NCBI RefSeq assembly: GCF_018977255.1
Contig: NW_024704742.1
Coordinates: forward strand, 108,006,001 to 108,070,000
Reading direction: 5' to 3'
DNA: 64,000 bases
Origin: Callorhinchus milii
Lineage: Eukaryota
Shown: one piece after another, positions 38,206 to 51,732 of the stretch
Layout of the letters: the number at the start of each line of letters is the position of its first letter
How positions within the stretch are numbered: position 1 is the stretch's first letter
Notes under the pieces: generated by a model
The model's input: only the letters and a program-made list of their open reading frames with translations
Told to the model about the DNA's origin: nothing
Databases searched by the model: none
Position numbers and translations under genes: made by a program

Positions 38206-41200
38206 GCAAGGTTGATTATAAATAAACTGAAAAGAAAAATGCAGCCAGTGAAAATGGCAACATAAATGGCATCTCAAACCAGAAAAAAAAGCTGCAGGAT
38301 ATAATGTGTCTCTGGTCCATGTATATTATATTAACCCGTGAGACCACAGCTCACCCCCAAGATCTCAGAGATTTTCAGTTCTTGCAGGCTGGAGTGATGG
38401 ACCTAGGTTTCCCTAGAAGAACTTCACTTTACACTCAAGTGCTTTCACTGGTGCAAGACACTGTTTATCCTGCCGCCTTCTTAAAAAACACTTTTCAACT
38501 CCGTTCTTGGCATCACAGAAACATGACTGAAGAGCGATTAGGCTAACAAATTATAAAAACACCAGATTACACTAAAACCAGACTCGGGATTGGTTAATTC
38601 CAATGAGAAAAATTACTCTCCTTACAAGTTCAGAAGCAATGGAACAAATGACCTCTTGTGCTATAAACATCCTAGGATTATTTTACAAAGATAACAACCC
38701 TCTTCAATATGAACTTTAAAATATATACTCCAAAAGCAATGAATTCCATCATTTATTTCTATAATTTTTTTTTCCATTGCACAAGAATGGAGCATTTCTT
38801 TTAAATGTTTCATTTATTCAGCACATGACCTCAGACTCGCTAATTGCCAAATATTAATCCATTAATTGTTGTGTACAGTCCAAGAGTTCAGCCAGGATAG
38901 AAAAATCAAGTACAATACTTGGTCACACTATAAAAAATGTTTAAAAAATGATTTCACATGCATGTTTTTACAGCACTGGGTCAGCTGGTAAATCATCTTG
39001 TAGGTTACACGCCTGTCACTCTGTACGTATTTCCTTTTAAAGAAAAGGCAAACCTAAAGAAAGCAGAGAGATCATGTCTGTAACATTCAAACATTTAAAA
39101 CATCAATTTCCACCAGTGACCCTATTGCAAAGGTTTGCTTTCACAGCTGCCTCCCTTGTTAAAGTTCATGGAACTGTCTCATCTGTCTCTATTTCAAGCA
39201 TCGCACAGATGGATATCTGCTCCAGGACTTCAAATTCCAGAAAACATTCGCAAATGACTTCCATACAGAGCCCCCCAGTAGAAGATATGTTAATTGCATC
39301 ATAATGAAGGCATTTTAATTTTTTAACAAACCCTCATTTGAAAGGATTTTTACCACATCAATGCACCTGCACTTGATGTCTAACCCACTGAGTGATGAAT
39401 GCTGCAGCTAAATAACAGCAGCAGCAAATGTACACAGTGCCTTAGTCTTGAACATTTCCTCCAGTGTTTTTAATTGAGAAAGCCTTATGTACTCTCAAAA
39501 AATCACATAAATATTTTGCATAATGACCAATTAGTTTGCCAAACAGGCATTTTTCTCTTTTGATTGCAAGAAATAAAGAACTGACATTTAACAATATTGT
39601 CGCCAAACTGCCATCTTATTTCTCCGTTTTATAATCACTGGTATTTCAGACTAACAGTTATCCCCTGACTGTCATCAATCTTGCTCAGTGACCAGCTGGC
39701 AAAAGGCACAATTCTAGCAGCAAATCTCAATTCTCCTCACCCCTCCAGTAGTCATCCCCTCCCCCCAAAGGAATCTCATACTTCCTCATGGGGTTTTATC
39801 CAGACTCCAATCTGAAAATAGACGCAAATAAAATTGGCAACAAAAAACAATAATGAAATGGGTATGTTCAAAGCAATGGAGAGCTATTTTCTAGCAATCA
39901 CCAGGGTAAAAATCATGGGGCATCTGTCTTGTTGCAGCTGCTTGTGCCTCACCAAGTTATCATGCCATTTAACTCATACGAAAAAATGCCTTTCTATATT
40001 AAGAATCTGTGGTGAAGGCCACGGGTCATAGTGCAGCACCATCAAGAATGCAGAGTAGGAGAAAATAAAGCTTAATGAGTCCAAGGATGTCTTTTTTAAA
40101 AAATCGTGTCAGCTATAGATTGCAGGAGGAATGGAAGACAGAAAGAGACAAAAACTTCCACAGCCTTGAGGTTCTGTAAAAGAGTCAGTGCAATGAGTTT
40201 TGATTTGCAGCTTCAGAGGAAAATTCAGATGAGCAAAGACCATAATGGCAATGTATCAATAAAGGAAAAAGGAACAGGAAAGGATGCAGCTGAAAGAGAA
40301 AGCGAGGGAAAAGGGTTGAAGGCCAGTGGCGAGAGAAGATTCTATTCAATAACAAGCTTCTTCTTGAATCCCAATGATTAAGTACTTACGCAATCAGGAT
40401 GCTTTTACTGATACTTTCTAGATAAATACAAACTAGCAATGGGTAAAGAAAGACATTGGATTCAGGCACAGATAAGAGACAGATGTATAAAAAGTTGTCC
40501 ACGTTTCAGTGTACTGTTAGAGAAACATCAGAAAGTTTAGAATGACACTGACACTGTAACGTAAAAAAAATTAATGGGTGTCATGCCCATACAAGTTGCT
40601 GGCTGTTCTTTCTCAGGTCATGTTAGGTTTTTAATATGGTTTGTCATTTTGCAGTGGCAGGAAATCTAGGCCAGGGATGCTTTGCTTTGGTGGGTTACGC
40701 TTTAAACAAATTACAAACCACCCCACGAGTATTTGTAGATTGCAGGAGGAATGGAAGACAGAAAGAGACAAAAACTTCCACAGCCTTGAGGTTCTGAGCT
40801 ACAGAAACAAGTCTTCTATAGCACACGTCCCCACTAATGCTGCATGTGGAGATGTTACTGCTTCTTTTGTTCCAAATGATCTTTTGTAATGCAAAGCCCT
40901 ACTGGGCTTCCATGTGGAAACACAAGCCCAGAGGGAGTCAGTGCCGTGGTTGAGAGGGAACCCTCCTCACTCGCATAAACAAACCACCGGAAAGGGTAAA
41001 TAAAGGAGCTTTCACGTTGTGCAAAGGTTCACTGATGTCCATCCCTCTCCATGTTTTCTTTTCCTTTTCTAGCAGTCTATTAGTGCGTAGACAATTCATG
41101 TTGCTCCCTGCTTGTTTTCTCACCTCACCCCCACCCAGTGAGAGAGAAGCACAGCGTGATCCATACCCCTGGAGACCTGCCACCACAAATGGCCATATGG

Positions 41201-42129
41201 GTTCAATGTATTATGGATGAGAAGTGGCATGATACGCAGCTGATTCCAAGCCTGCAGCTATGAGGTGGGCTCAGGGGGCGAGCACTAGAAATCATTTTTA
41301 AAACAAATTACTTTTACCTTCACTGTATTAATTTTGTGATTTAAAAACAAGGAGCTATTGCACTTGCATTAATGCAATATTTACTACCCCGATCTGCATA
41401 ATTACTAGGAAACAAATCTGAAAATGCAAAGTACCAATTTGGGCTTTTATCCTCATTTTTTTAAAAAAAGAACCAACACAATGTCTACAAACCTCTTTCT
41501 GCAAGCTCATGTGAATCATAATCCAATGTACTTAGAAGGTAAATTAACAGTGTTTCGTAATGCATTTAATGTGATTGAACGCAAAATGTAAAGCTGCTAA
41601 TTTCACCCTTAAGATTTTTAAAATTTACTTTTCCATCAGATATTTGGTTGAAGATATTCTGTTCACAATCTCTTGCAAGGCTGCACTGTAAAGCACTAAA
41701 AATCAGATCTTTGCATGCTATGTCATTGAAATTTTTCTAGCACTGCTCTAAAAAGCTTGATTGTCTAAATATCATGTTATTTTAGAGCTTGTCTGTTGAT
41801 TGTTTTTCCCTCCAGTTATTTACCAGCTTTCTTCACTCTCTCTTGTACCTGCTCATGTCCAATCTTCAGCTGTGAATGCAAGCGCACAAAAGAAAATCAT
41901 AAATTATTCCATGCCTTTAAACATCATGAACGTTGGATGGCTCAGTTGACAGAAGGCACACTTAAACTGAGATGTTCTTAGCATTCCCCTCAAGTCTGCA
42001 AGCTCATCTAAGAGCTAAAGAATCATAGTGAGACACACACTGTTAGAGAGATGTTTAAAGTCATGTTTCACAGAATGGTATGATGGCTCCTGAATTCAGA
42101 ACCAAACATCATAATCATATGATCATAAC

Positions 42130-42243
42130 CGTTCTCCCACAAATATACAGTCAAATTCACTTAACAGTGTGTTCTGTGAAGCGCTTTGGGACATCCTTCC
42201 GACGTGAAAAGTGCAATATCAAATGCAAGGATTATTATTATTA
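42130..42243 (+). mobile_element. tRNA-SINE 3' fragment
   Basis: Matches the 3' part of the SINE at 8480-8589. Confidence 0.8.
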
Positions 42244-43465
42244 TATCTCTTGATCAAATGTTGAGAGCAAATTTAAGGATTCTGAAATTGGCAAGAGAAA
42301 AATATTTGATTTTTTTAAAAAAAAGGTTGTCCTATAGATACAAATTATTGTTTGTATCAGCACCAGAGTTCTGAGATGAATGGCAATCAACATAACATGG
42401 TTCACCTCTCAGTAGCTTGCTGTTTCATAACATCAGGTTGCTCTGCAATTCTCAGTCATTTCACCAATGTTTATCTCTGACGTTTAATTATTGTGTGTTT
42501 TCTCAAGCAAGAACAAAAAATTAGATCCAAAGATTTTTCTGAATGTTCTTTGTCAAATGGGTACATTCTGCCAATTCAAAGACCATTTTCATAGACTTCT
42601 CCAGGTCACCATCCATTAGGGATGACAAGCAGCTATCCAAGATAGAACAGCTTCCTTTAAAATTAAGAAATTTAGCTCAAGAGTCATAGTGCAGGGCACC
42701 AAGTTGAAAACTGTCAATTGCAAAAAAAACACTCATCAGGGAAACTGTAATGGCACCTTGCAACAGAAAACTTGACTCAGGATGTAAAGTGCAGGGAGCC
42801 CCATCTATGTCATGATGACTCTTGAGGCATCTAGAGACTCTTGACTCAGCTCCGATTTGATTCCGAATCAAATCCAACTTTTCATGCGTTGACGTGAGGT
42901 ACAAAAGGTTCCCTAGAGGAGATGCACTTTGCATCCCGAGGCACTTTGCACAGTGCGAAGCTCCACTTAAGCTATCGCTTTCGTAATGAGAGCCTTCGCT
43001 AACGCCACTGTTCACATCCTGAAAGTAAAACTGTCAGACGCAGCTTCGTATTTCACTGTGCTACTCAATTGCAGCCATTACGTAAATACCATCAACCTCA
43101 GAAATATAAATGGAGGATATTAGATGAGAAAGGGTTTTGCTATTGTTTTAATTTGACAAATGGATAAGCTCTCATAACTCAAGAACACCAAAGTCATGAC
43201 TGAGGTGCTTATCTCAGCCTCATGAGTGGATTGAAAACAACAAAGAACCCAAGTACTTGGCCAGGTAATGTTAGCCAAGTGTACCGCATGGGTCAATGGG
43301 TTTGGACAGATAACTCAAACAGAGAGAATCATGCACATGCTTAAATAGTTTTGCAGTGAATTTAATTCATTTTCCTGTTTTATATGCATGTATTCAAAGA
43401 TCCCTAATCATGCAATATATGGATGGGTCTCTTTATGTTTAAGGGATTGTTTGTCCCTTTAGCAT

Positions 43466-43915
43466 AGTCTCCTTGGAGCGGAGTTGGCAATGGAATGTTG
43501 GAATCAAGCCAGCCCTCGGTGGCGGCCTCAGTCGTCTGGTTCCTGAGCCTGGCGGGTCCACAGTATTCCAGGGCACTGCTGATGACAGCACAGCAGTGCC
43601 TGGCTCATCAACAGGACCTGGAAGGGCAGACTAGTCACCGGAGGCAGGGAGTCATCCCACTCAGCTCCTGTTAACCCTGCAAGCCAAAGCCTTAAAGGGT
43701 AGGGTTGTCCTAGCTGGACAAGCAGCAGGAAAGCTTGCCAACCTGCGCCTAATATTTTCCGGAATTAGGTAAGCAGGATGTGCCACTCCAGGGATAGAGT
43801 GCGCATTCCATTCCAACAATCTATCTCTGAAATCTGCATGTATAGGCGGGATGCATGAAAATCTAAGCTTGGTTTGGATACTCTTAATCATGGTGATGGG
43901 TTTCCACATGTGTCA
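43466..43915 (+). repeat. Unclassified interspersed repeat, copy A
   Basis: Collinear similarity to 52664-53290 (+) and 51733-51985 (-): gtctggttcctgagcc, agtattccagg, ctcctgttaaccctgcaagc, cttgccaacctgc, ttggtttgga-actctta. Confidence 0.75.
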
Positions 43916-44661
43916 GACACCCGGGCGGACCAAAACAAAAGTGTCCCTTTAGCTCTGAAGGCTCTGCGGTCCTTCTCATCGTATTGTACTATGTGCTATT
44001 GTTCCTCCTGAGGTAAGGGCCAACCAGCTCAGAAGTGAAGGTGTCATTTTTATGGATTTCTTTAATCTCTTTTGGGACCTGCTTTTCTGCTCGGTACAGG
44101 GTTAACCTTCAGCCTTTACTAACTGGATCTTTCTCCCTGGTAATTGTATTGTTACATTGTGCTTTGACCTGGCTTTGGGTTTGAATGGCAGTGTATTGGG
44201 ATTACAGTGCAATCTGGGCTATTCATTTTGTTTTGTACCTGTGAAAACATTACAAAAAAAGGTGTTGGGTCTAAACTAAATGTGCTTATTAATGCCTTAC
44301 ATTTATTAATAATGATATTAATTCTTGCATTCGATATACTGCCTTATCGTGTCTTTAAGATATCTCATAGTGCTTCACAGAATATACTGTAAAGTGAATT
44401 GACTGTATATTTTGTGAGCGAATTGGTTAGGAACAGCGAGAATACTGACTTCTGAAAGCAAGGTAAGAGGGATGCTGTCACAAATGGAACTGAACGTAGT
44501 GGTCCCGTCCAGTTACGTGGGCATAAGGTACTCAAAGAAGTGCTGCCTCAAACAGCAACATACATTTACTTTGAGATTGATCAAATGCAGACTGTTTGGA
44601 GACAGAATTTTCAGATAGCACAGGAACAGCTCACAGCAGCAGTGAACAAGTCATAGATGTT

Positions 44662-44868
44662 ATAATAATAATAATCCTTGCATTTGGTATAGCGCTTTTC
44701 ACGTCGGGAGGACGTCCCAAAGCACTTCACAGAGCACACTGTAAAGTGAATTGACTGTGTATTTATGGGCGAACGCAGCAGCCAATTGCGCACAGCAATG
44801 TCCCACAAACAGTCGTAGATTGAAAATGACCAATTTATTATTGGTTTTGGTTTTGGAGGGATTATTAT
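44662..44868 (-). mobile_element. Young tRNA-SINE lacking its head
   Basis: Near-identical to 2173-2383. Confidence 0.88.
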
Positions 44869-45205
44869 GTTACCTGGGTTCTGGACTCACCAGTGCAAGG
44901 GGTGTTGCCTTGGATATGGTTGTCCTTCTTGATGAGACTCTTCTCAGATTTGGGCAAACGTGCGAAAGCAGAAATGATTCTAATGTACAGAGGTTTCCTG
45001 CGCTGACAGAATAAGTCAAGTGCTACAATAGGAAGTCACTGTATTAAAACTATTTCCATGCCTCCTCTATTGATATTTTCTATCGGCCTAGACCTAAAGT
45101 TGGCAGGAGTCAAGGAGAACGGCTTGATGACTCACAGAAATTTTGACTCATCCAGGCCTTGATGTCTGACAAGCAAAAGAGAAGGAACTTTTCCAGTGTT
45201 CTGGC

Positions 45206-45742
45206 CAACAACATCAACAAGATTACATTTATAGAGCGCCTTTCACGTCGGGAGGACGTCCCAAGGCGCTGGACAGTTGGGTCGGGACCCGAGCAGGGGG
45301 GAAATAGTCAGGGTGAGGGGAGGGAAGGGAGGGAGCGAGGAGGGGTAGAGAGTCGAGAGGGGAGCTGAAGGCACGGTCAAAGAAAAAGGTCTCGAGACCG
45401 GCCTTGAAGGAGGAAAGGGAGGAGGCGGCGAAGGCACTGGGGGATAGAGTTCCAGAGCCTAGGGGCTGAGAGGCTGAAAGCCCGGCCACCGATGGCAGGG
45501 CGGTTAGGGCAGGGGATGTGGAGCAGACCGGAGCCAGAGGAACGGAGGGTGCGGGCAGGTAAGTAGGGGGATAGTAGGTCGGAGAGGTAGGAGGGAGCAA
45601 GGCCATGAATGGCCTTGTAGGTGAGGATGAGGCTCTTGAATTCGATCCTCTGGGGGATGGGAGCCAGTGGAGGCGAGCGAGGGTGGGAGTGATGTGGTCG
45701 CGAAGCCTGGTGTGGGACAGTACACGAGCTGCAGAGTTCTGA
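45206..45742 (-). mobile_element. L2 3' fragment
   Basis: LHWL...RIEFKSLI-like segment, SSFKAGLETFFFDRAF; stem-loop tail at 45235-45270. Confidence 0.9.
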
Positions 45743-47449
45743 ATAATAACAAAGAAGCCTCCTTAGTCATGGGTTTGAGCTCCATGGACGGATTGGGCCA
45801 ACAATCCCCCAAAATAAAATTGGTCATTCACATTCACCTCATGGCTGTTTGTGGGACATTACACAAATTGACTGCCACTTTTGCCTTCAAAATACACATT
45901 CATTACACTTTACAATATGAATCCAATGCAAGGATTATTTTATAATTGTCCTCGTTATTCTCCTGTGCATTGCCTCAAGGACCTGGACAGCCCCCTTTGT
46001 GTTATGACAACAAATCTATACACAGTATTCCAGATGTGACCTGACCAGAACACTCTAGAGCCAACTAATCCCCAAAGTTTTGTTCAATTCCCCCTTAGAA
46101 TCCGTCCATGGAGCACATGTGCCTCTATTTTTTAATTTCCTGTCCCTTGCATTTATCTGTAGTGAACTTTAACCCACTTCAGCAACACTCTTTTAGTATG
46201 TTGCCCAGTCCAGCAGGCAGCCCTGGAGCTCAAACCCATGACTAAGGAGGCTTCTTTGTTATTATCCAGCTGTTACACTAACTGCAGGAGTTTTTTTTAA
46301 ACTAGATACAAGCAGCTTACACCACCAGCATAACAGTAATGAAGGCACCAAGAGCAAGGGAATACTGCAACTGGAAGCTCACACCACCATAAATATTCAG
46401 CAGGAGACCTGACCTCATCACCCACAAGTAACCTTATTCAGGGGCTGCAAAGGTCAGGTTGTGAGTTTAATAGTTTAATATTTATTATATTCAGAGCAGT
46501 TTGCATCAAATAGTCACTTTACTCTAGATCATGAATTTTTAGATAAACAAAATTCTGCAGTTTAGCATTTTTCAATTGGATACTAATTGTGAAGCGATGC
46601 TTGATGATCACGGGACAGGGGGAGGGGCTCTACAATAATTAGTGCACTTTCTGTGAAGGTCAGACTATATAGTGCAGATTGGATGGATCAGTCAGTCAAT
46701 GGTAGAGAGGTGTTGCATAGCACCATCAAACACGAGTACCTAAAAATCAAGAAAAAAAGGTTGTGATAAATCACAGCCTAGACTCAAAAGGTTGCAGTGC
46801 ACACTGCTCAGACTAGCTAACAGAGGCTGTTAAAATAAGTGCTAATTGATGCTGCCAAGAGTCGTTGCCCGAGACTATTGAGGTTGACCGGGACAAGTTG
46901 CAGAAGCTCTGCAGCCTAGTAATACAACTGTTTCCTTGGCCAGAGTCGTACAGTACTATAAAGTACCATTTTTCCTAGAGATGGATCACTCAACTGCAAC
47001 TACTTTCCTCCTCAGCCGGTGAATGGAGAAACCATGTGTTTTATGCTTTGATAAAAACAGATAGTTTTTGTCACCTTTATTGTGTAATTAGGAAAGCTCT
47101 CTTCCTTAAGATTCAATACAGTGTTTGTGTTCTGCGATCTGAATTTAAATCCAAACAAGATTGAATTTTTTTTGCTCAGCCGGGTGTTTGACTTACGCTG
47201 AAACTCATCGCTATGCTGAAGAGTATCCAAATCAGACAGAGTTCCACATATGCATGCCATCTACACATGGAAATTTTCCTTTGTCTGGCACGGAACTTGC
47301 ACTCTCAACCCTGTTTCGGAGAGTATTAAATACAGGTTGGCAAGAGCCAAGGTTTAGGGAACCCAGAATGTTGGGGTACTGCTGGAGTTTAACCAATAGC
47401 TTGTGATTGAGAGCACTGTCTGGTAAGCTTCCCATTGCTTGTGCAGGTA

Positions 47450-47655
47450 ATGACTACCCTAGCCATGAGTGCTTTGACTTCTAATCCAAACCAGATCGAT
47501 GGGATCAAAGTTTCCTTGGTCTGTTGGCAGTATGTAAAGGTCCAATGCAAAACAAACAGGTAGTCTCAATCCAATTCCCAGTGGACATGGTTCAACAGCA
47601 TAAAAGTACTACATTTAGCATAAAATTGGACATGTCACTCACAGAAGTCACTGGA
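47450..47655 (+). mobile_element. Possible AmnSINE2-like ancient relic
   Basis: ggtagtctcaatccaattcccagtggaca resembles the recalled consensus GGTCTCAGTCCAGTTCCTAGTGGACA. Confidence 0.35.
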
Positions 47656-49009
47656 TGTCATTGTGGGAGGGCAGAATATTTTGCTGGCATGGTAGCTGTT
47701 TTTCTGAAGGTGAAGCATATTGTCAAAGCAGCTTTCCATTAATGTCATATCGTTCTTGACCTGAGAGTGCTTAAGGCTGCCACTTTGGACCTGAAATGGG
47801 AATGTGTGTAATCTCCCAGCACTAACGTCCCTCATATTAATAAGTACAAAATTCACCAAAAATTACACTGCCTTAAAGAAAGCTCCAGTTTCCACAGGAG
47901 TTTGAACCAAGTCACAGCAATGAGCTAAAGACTGAACCACTATGTTTTTGAAAAATTGCAATGTCACCATTATTTTAATTCCTTAACCTGTCCTAACCAG
48001 TTCTATAATGCCAAAGACAAAAGGCTCCAAAATGTTTTAAATATTGCTGGTTGCAGGACAATAAATTCAGAAAAAGAGTAACCTAGTTAATATTGATCTG
48101 TCATGTCAGCCTTCCCTCATGTAGTGGAGGTATTGAATATTAACGCAAAAAAATTAAATAGTTTGTCAGTATAGTTTGAGTACTATGAGGAACCATTTGA
48201 CTGAAAGCCTTTGCCTACAAATACACAGTCACTACACTTAACAATAAACCTTGTGAAGCCATTTGAGGGGTTTCAACAACTTGATGGGGCCTGCATTAAA
48301 TAGACTGATTATTATTTATAAACTCATAAGAAATTTCTTTTTAAAAAATTTTCATGATGCACAAGAGGTATATCAATATATCCTTACACAATAAAGGCAT
48401 ATTAACATAATCAACATCTTAAATATCTTTCATCTAAAATATTCCATGTTTTCTTCGTCTTCCTCCAGTTAGTGAAACTTTCATTACATTTTAATCCTGG
48501 AGCAAAACCTGAATCTAAAGGCTGTAGAAGCAGCCACTGTGTTCATATTCGCCTGTGGCTCCCCAGGAGTGAAAACCTAGTGGAGGTCAGTTCCGTTTTA
48601 ATATGCACGGTTCATGCTGCAAGGGAAATGCTCTTCAGCAAGGGAATAAGTACCTTTATGTACTTGCCGCTGAATGCATTATAGCAGCCTTGAAAACTGC
48701 TCACTTAATGAGTTTAAAATTGCTAGAAAGGTTGAGCCAATCAATATTCCAGAAATATGTTCACATTTTCGATATAGCAACTGTTAGAATTTCCATTTTC
48801 TCACCCACATGCAATTAAGATGCTATGCCTCACATTGCAAGCGTGACAGCTTCATATGGCAGTTTTCATCTAGTTTTTGGTCACCTGGTTAAAAAAAATC
48901 TTGAAATTTTCTGCTCATTGAGGCGAGGGATGTCAGTTCTAGAAAATGGAAGTTTTTTCTGATTTGCAATTCAGCACCAGATCCAGCAACAAGCACTCCG
49001 AGGTTAACT

Positions 49010-49237
49010 GGGCGAAACCCTAGGCAAGTTTCCTTACTCCACACGCCTGATAATAATCCCTCAAGAAAAAAAAACGATAATAATTTGGTCACTTCAATCC
49101 ACGACTGTTTGTGGGACACTGCTGTGCACAATTGACTGCACTTTACAGTCACTACACTTTACAGTGTATTCTGTTAAGCGCTTTGAGATGTCTAGGAGAT
49201 GTGAAAAGTGCTATATCAAATGCAATTATTATTATTA
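49010..49237 (+). mobile_element. tRNA-SINE lacking most of its head
   Basis: ggcgaaaccctaggcaagtttccttactccacacgcc through to the (ATT)n tail. Confidence 0.8.
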
Positions 49238-49242
49238 ACTGT

Positions 49243-49650
49243 AATAATAATAATCCTTGCACTTGATCCAGCCTTTTGTTGGTAGAACATCACAAAGCAC
49301 TTCACAGGATTTACTTTAAAGCATAGTGACTTTAATTTGGTAGATCAAAGTGATATCCAATTTGCCCACACAACAGCCAAGAAGTGAATGACCAATTCTA
49401 ATTGAGTAATTATTGGTTAGGACATCAAGAGAAATTCCCTTCTCTTTTTGAATCGTGCCACGGAATCTTTAACGTCCACCTTAAAGAGGCAGACAAGACC
49501 TTGCTTTAACATCTCATCTGAAAGGCAGCACTTCCGATAAAGCAGTGGACCATCTCAGCCTAGATTGGGTGGGGCACTGCACTGTCAGTTCAATGTGTGA
49601 GTTCAAGGTCCTGACATGGGGCTTGAATGCACAATCGTCTGACTCAGAAC
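49243..49650 (-). mobile_element. Deu-domain SINE
   Basis: gtgccacggaatctttaacgtccacct...ttaacatctcatctgaaaggcagcac. Confidence 0.7.
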
Positions 49651-50547
49651 AGTCATATGACCAGATGTTCAGTCAACACTGGCCAACGATCTCAGAAGAG
49701 TACTGGCACAATAAACTTTGTGATTTGTTTCCATTTCCCACACTAGCTCAGAGTACAATTTACCAATTTTAACAAAATGTGAGGATCCACACCCAATAAG
49801 AACCAGGTTGAGCTTTTTACTTTATTTTACTTGAGAACCTTACAGCTTAAAGATGACATTCATCCTATTTTATTAGAATAGTTGTACCGCATTTAATAAC
49901 AAGCTGCTGGCCTGGTTATCCGTACATATTTATAGAAATTGTGCAACACAGAAAGAGGATATTTAACCCATTATTTCATGTTGATGTTTGCTCCTTCAAG
50001 AAGCCATCCACCTAATCCCAACACCCTGTTCTTTCTATTACCCTCTAATACCATTCCTCTACATTTTACTGTTAACACCACCTCCTAATTTTGTACAATC
50101 CACAAAGTTAGATATTATTCTTGATTTACATAGTCTGTGATTTAACCCATAAATAAACCAATCACTCAAAAAGAAGGTGTCTCCCCAATTAATACCTTCC
50201 GTAAAATAAATACAAAATATCTCAAATAGAATTAAACGTTGATGTCCTTCCATCTTTTTCCATCCATTTATGTTGAATTTGGGGGATTTACCAGTGAATC
50301 CTAATGGCCTCATTGATAATCTGGTTGAGAAGAGAGCTCCCCAGTGAAGGAGTTTAATTAAATTTAGAAATACTATCAATAATCTGAGTGTTTCAGCAAT
50401 CTTGTCATTGAAACGGTGCTTTCTAACCTTTAGACTCTCAGCAACTCCAGGGAATACCAGTATCTCTGAACTAGACGATTTAAAGTTTCAGCTCACACCC
50501 TGTGATATTGAAACAAATGCTAATATTACAGTAATAGATAGCTCTCA

Positions 50548-50830
50548 ATGTCTCAGTTGGCAAATTTTCACTGCTCAGTGTAGAACTGAATCAGAATGGT
50601 CCCAGGTGTGATCTGTGCTGGATTAGCTAATTTTAAACTGGGTCAATGGTAAAAATGCTACAGTGGGCCCCAGTGTCCCTAGGCAGAGGGAGAATGATAA
50701 AAAAAAAGCAAGGGTTTCCATTTCTGATTGCTATTTACTGCTGGAAAGCCCAGATACGTCTACATCAGATGAGGGCAGGATAGTGCTAAAAATGACCAGC
50801 ATCACATTTGTGAAAAATGATCAAGCAGCT
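50548..50830 (+). mobile_element. LF-SINE-like relic
   Basis: ggtcccaggt...tctgtgctggattagcta, gctacagtgggccccagtgtccctaggc, ctgattgctat, ctgctggaaag, tgagggcaggat. Confidence 0.65.
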
Positions 50831-51059
50831 AGCTATTCAGGGAATTGAGAGCAAAACATCTGATAAGATAGGAATTAAAGTAGCCAAAAGATCTTGGGGC
50901 CAAAAGATCTTTTTTAAAAGCTAACAGAATCCCAAATTGTACACAATCTGCACTGATAAATATCTCAAACCATTTGGATTGATATTTTAAATAAACAACG
51001 ACCCATTGTTATTACGGTTTAAAAATGTTTACCTTGATATGGATAGACTACACTTGACG

Positions 51060-51669
51060 TTGGGCAAGTTTCCTTACTCCACATGCCTCTGTTTACCTAG
51101 TAGTAATAATAATAATCCTTGCATTTGATATAGCGCTTTTCACGTCGGGAGGACGTCCCAAAGCGCTTCACAGAACACACTGTAAAATGAATTGACTGTA
51201 TATTTGTGGGCGAACGCGGCAGCCAATTGCACACAGCAATGTCCCACAAACAGTCGTAGATTGAAAATGACCAATTTATTATTGCTTTTGGTTTTGGAGG
51301 GATTATTATTAGGCGTGTGGAGTAAGGAAACTTGCCCAAGGTTTCGCCCTGCCTGGAATTCAACGCAGGTCTCTCGCTTACAAAGCGAGTGCTCTAACCA
51401 CTGAGCTACAGGACTCCACTATTAGTAAGTAGGAACCTGGCTGTTAAGTCGATTGGTGGATCGCTTCTCTGGGGGCAATAATTCCTTTTAAAAAAATATA
51501 TTGGTCACTTCAATCCACGACTGTTAGTGGGACACTGCTGTGCACAATTAGCTGCCACGTTTCGCCCACAAAATATACAGTCAATTCACTTTACAGTATA
51601 TTCTGTGAAGCGCTTTGAGACGCCTCGAAGACATGATAAGACTCTATATCAAATGCAAGGATTATTATC
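51060..51669 (+). mobile_element. Older SINE variant split by a nested younger SINE
   Basis: 51060-51106 continues at 51420-51669, as judged against the uninterrupted variant at 16560-16650. Confidence 0.85.
51104..51419 (-). mobile_element. Full-length young tRNA-derived SINE (nested)
   Basis: Near-identical to 35756-36070; flanked by tagtagtaa / tattagtaa. Confidence 0.92.
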
Positions 51670-51732
51670 AAGAAAGGTGCTTTCTGCAAATTGGATGGGG
51701 AAATGGTGAAGAACGAATGAAAGATTAATTTT

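Noticed and set aside
42725..42745. Hammerhead core on the minus strand
   Set aside because: CTGATGAG is not followed by stem II and GAAA
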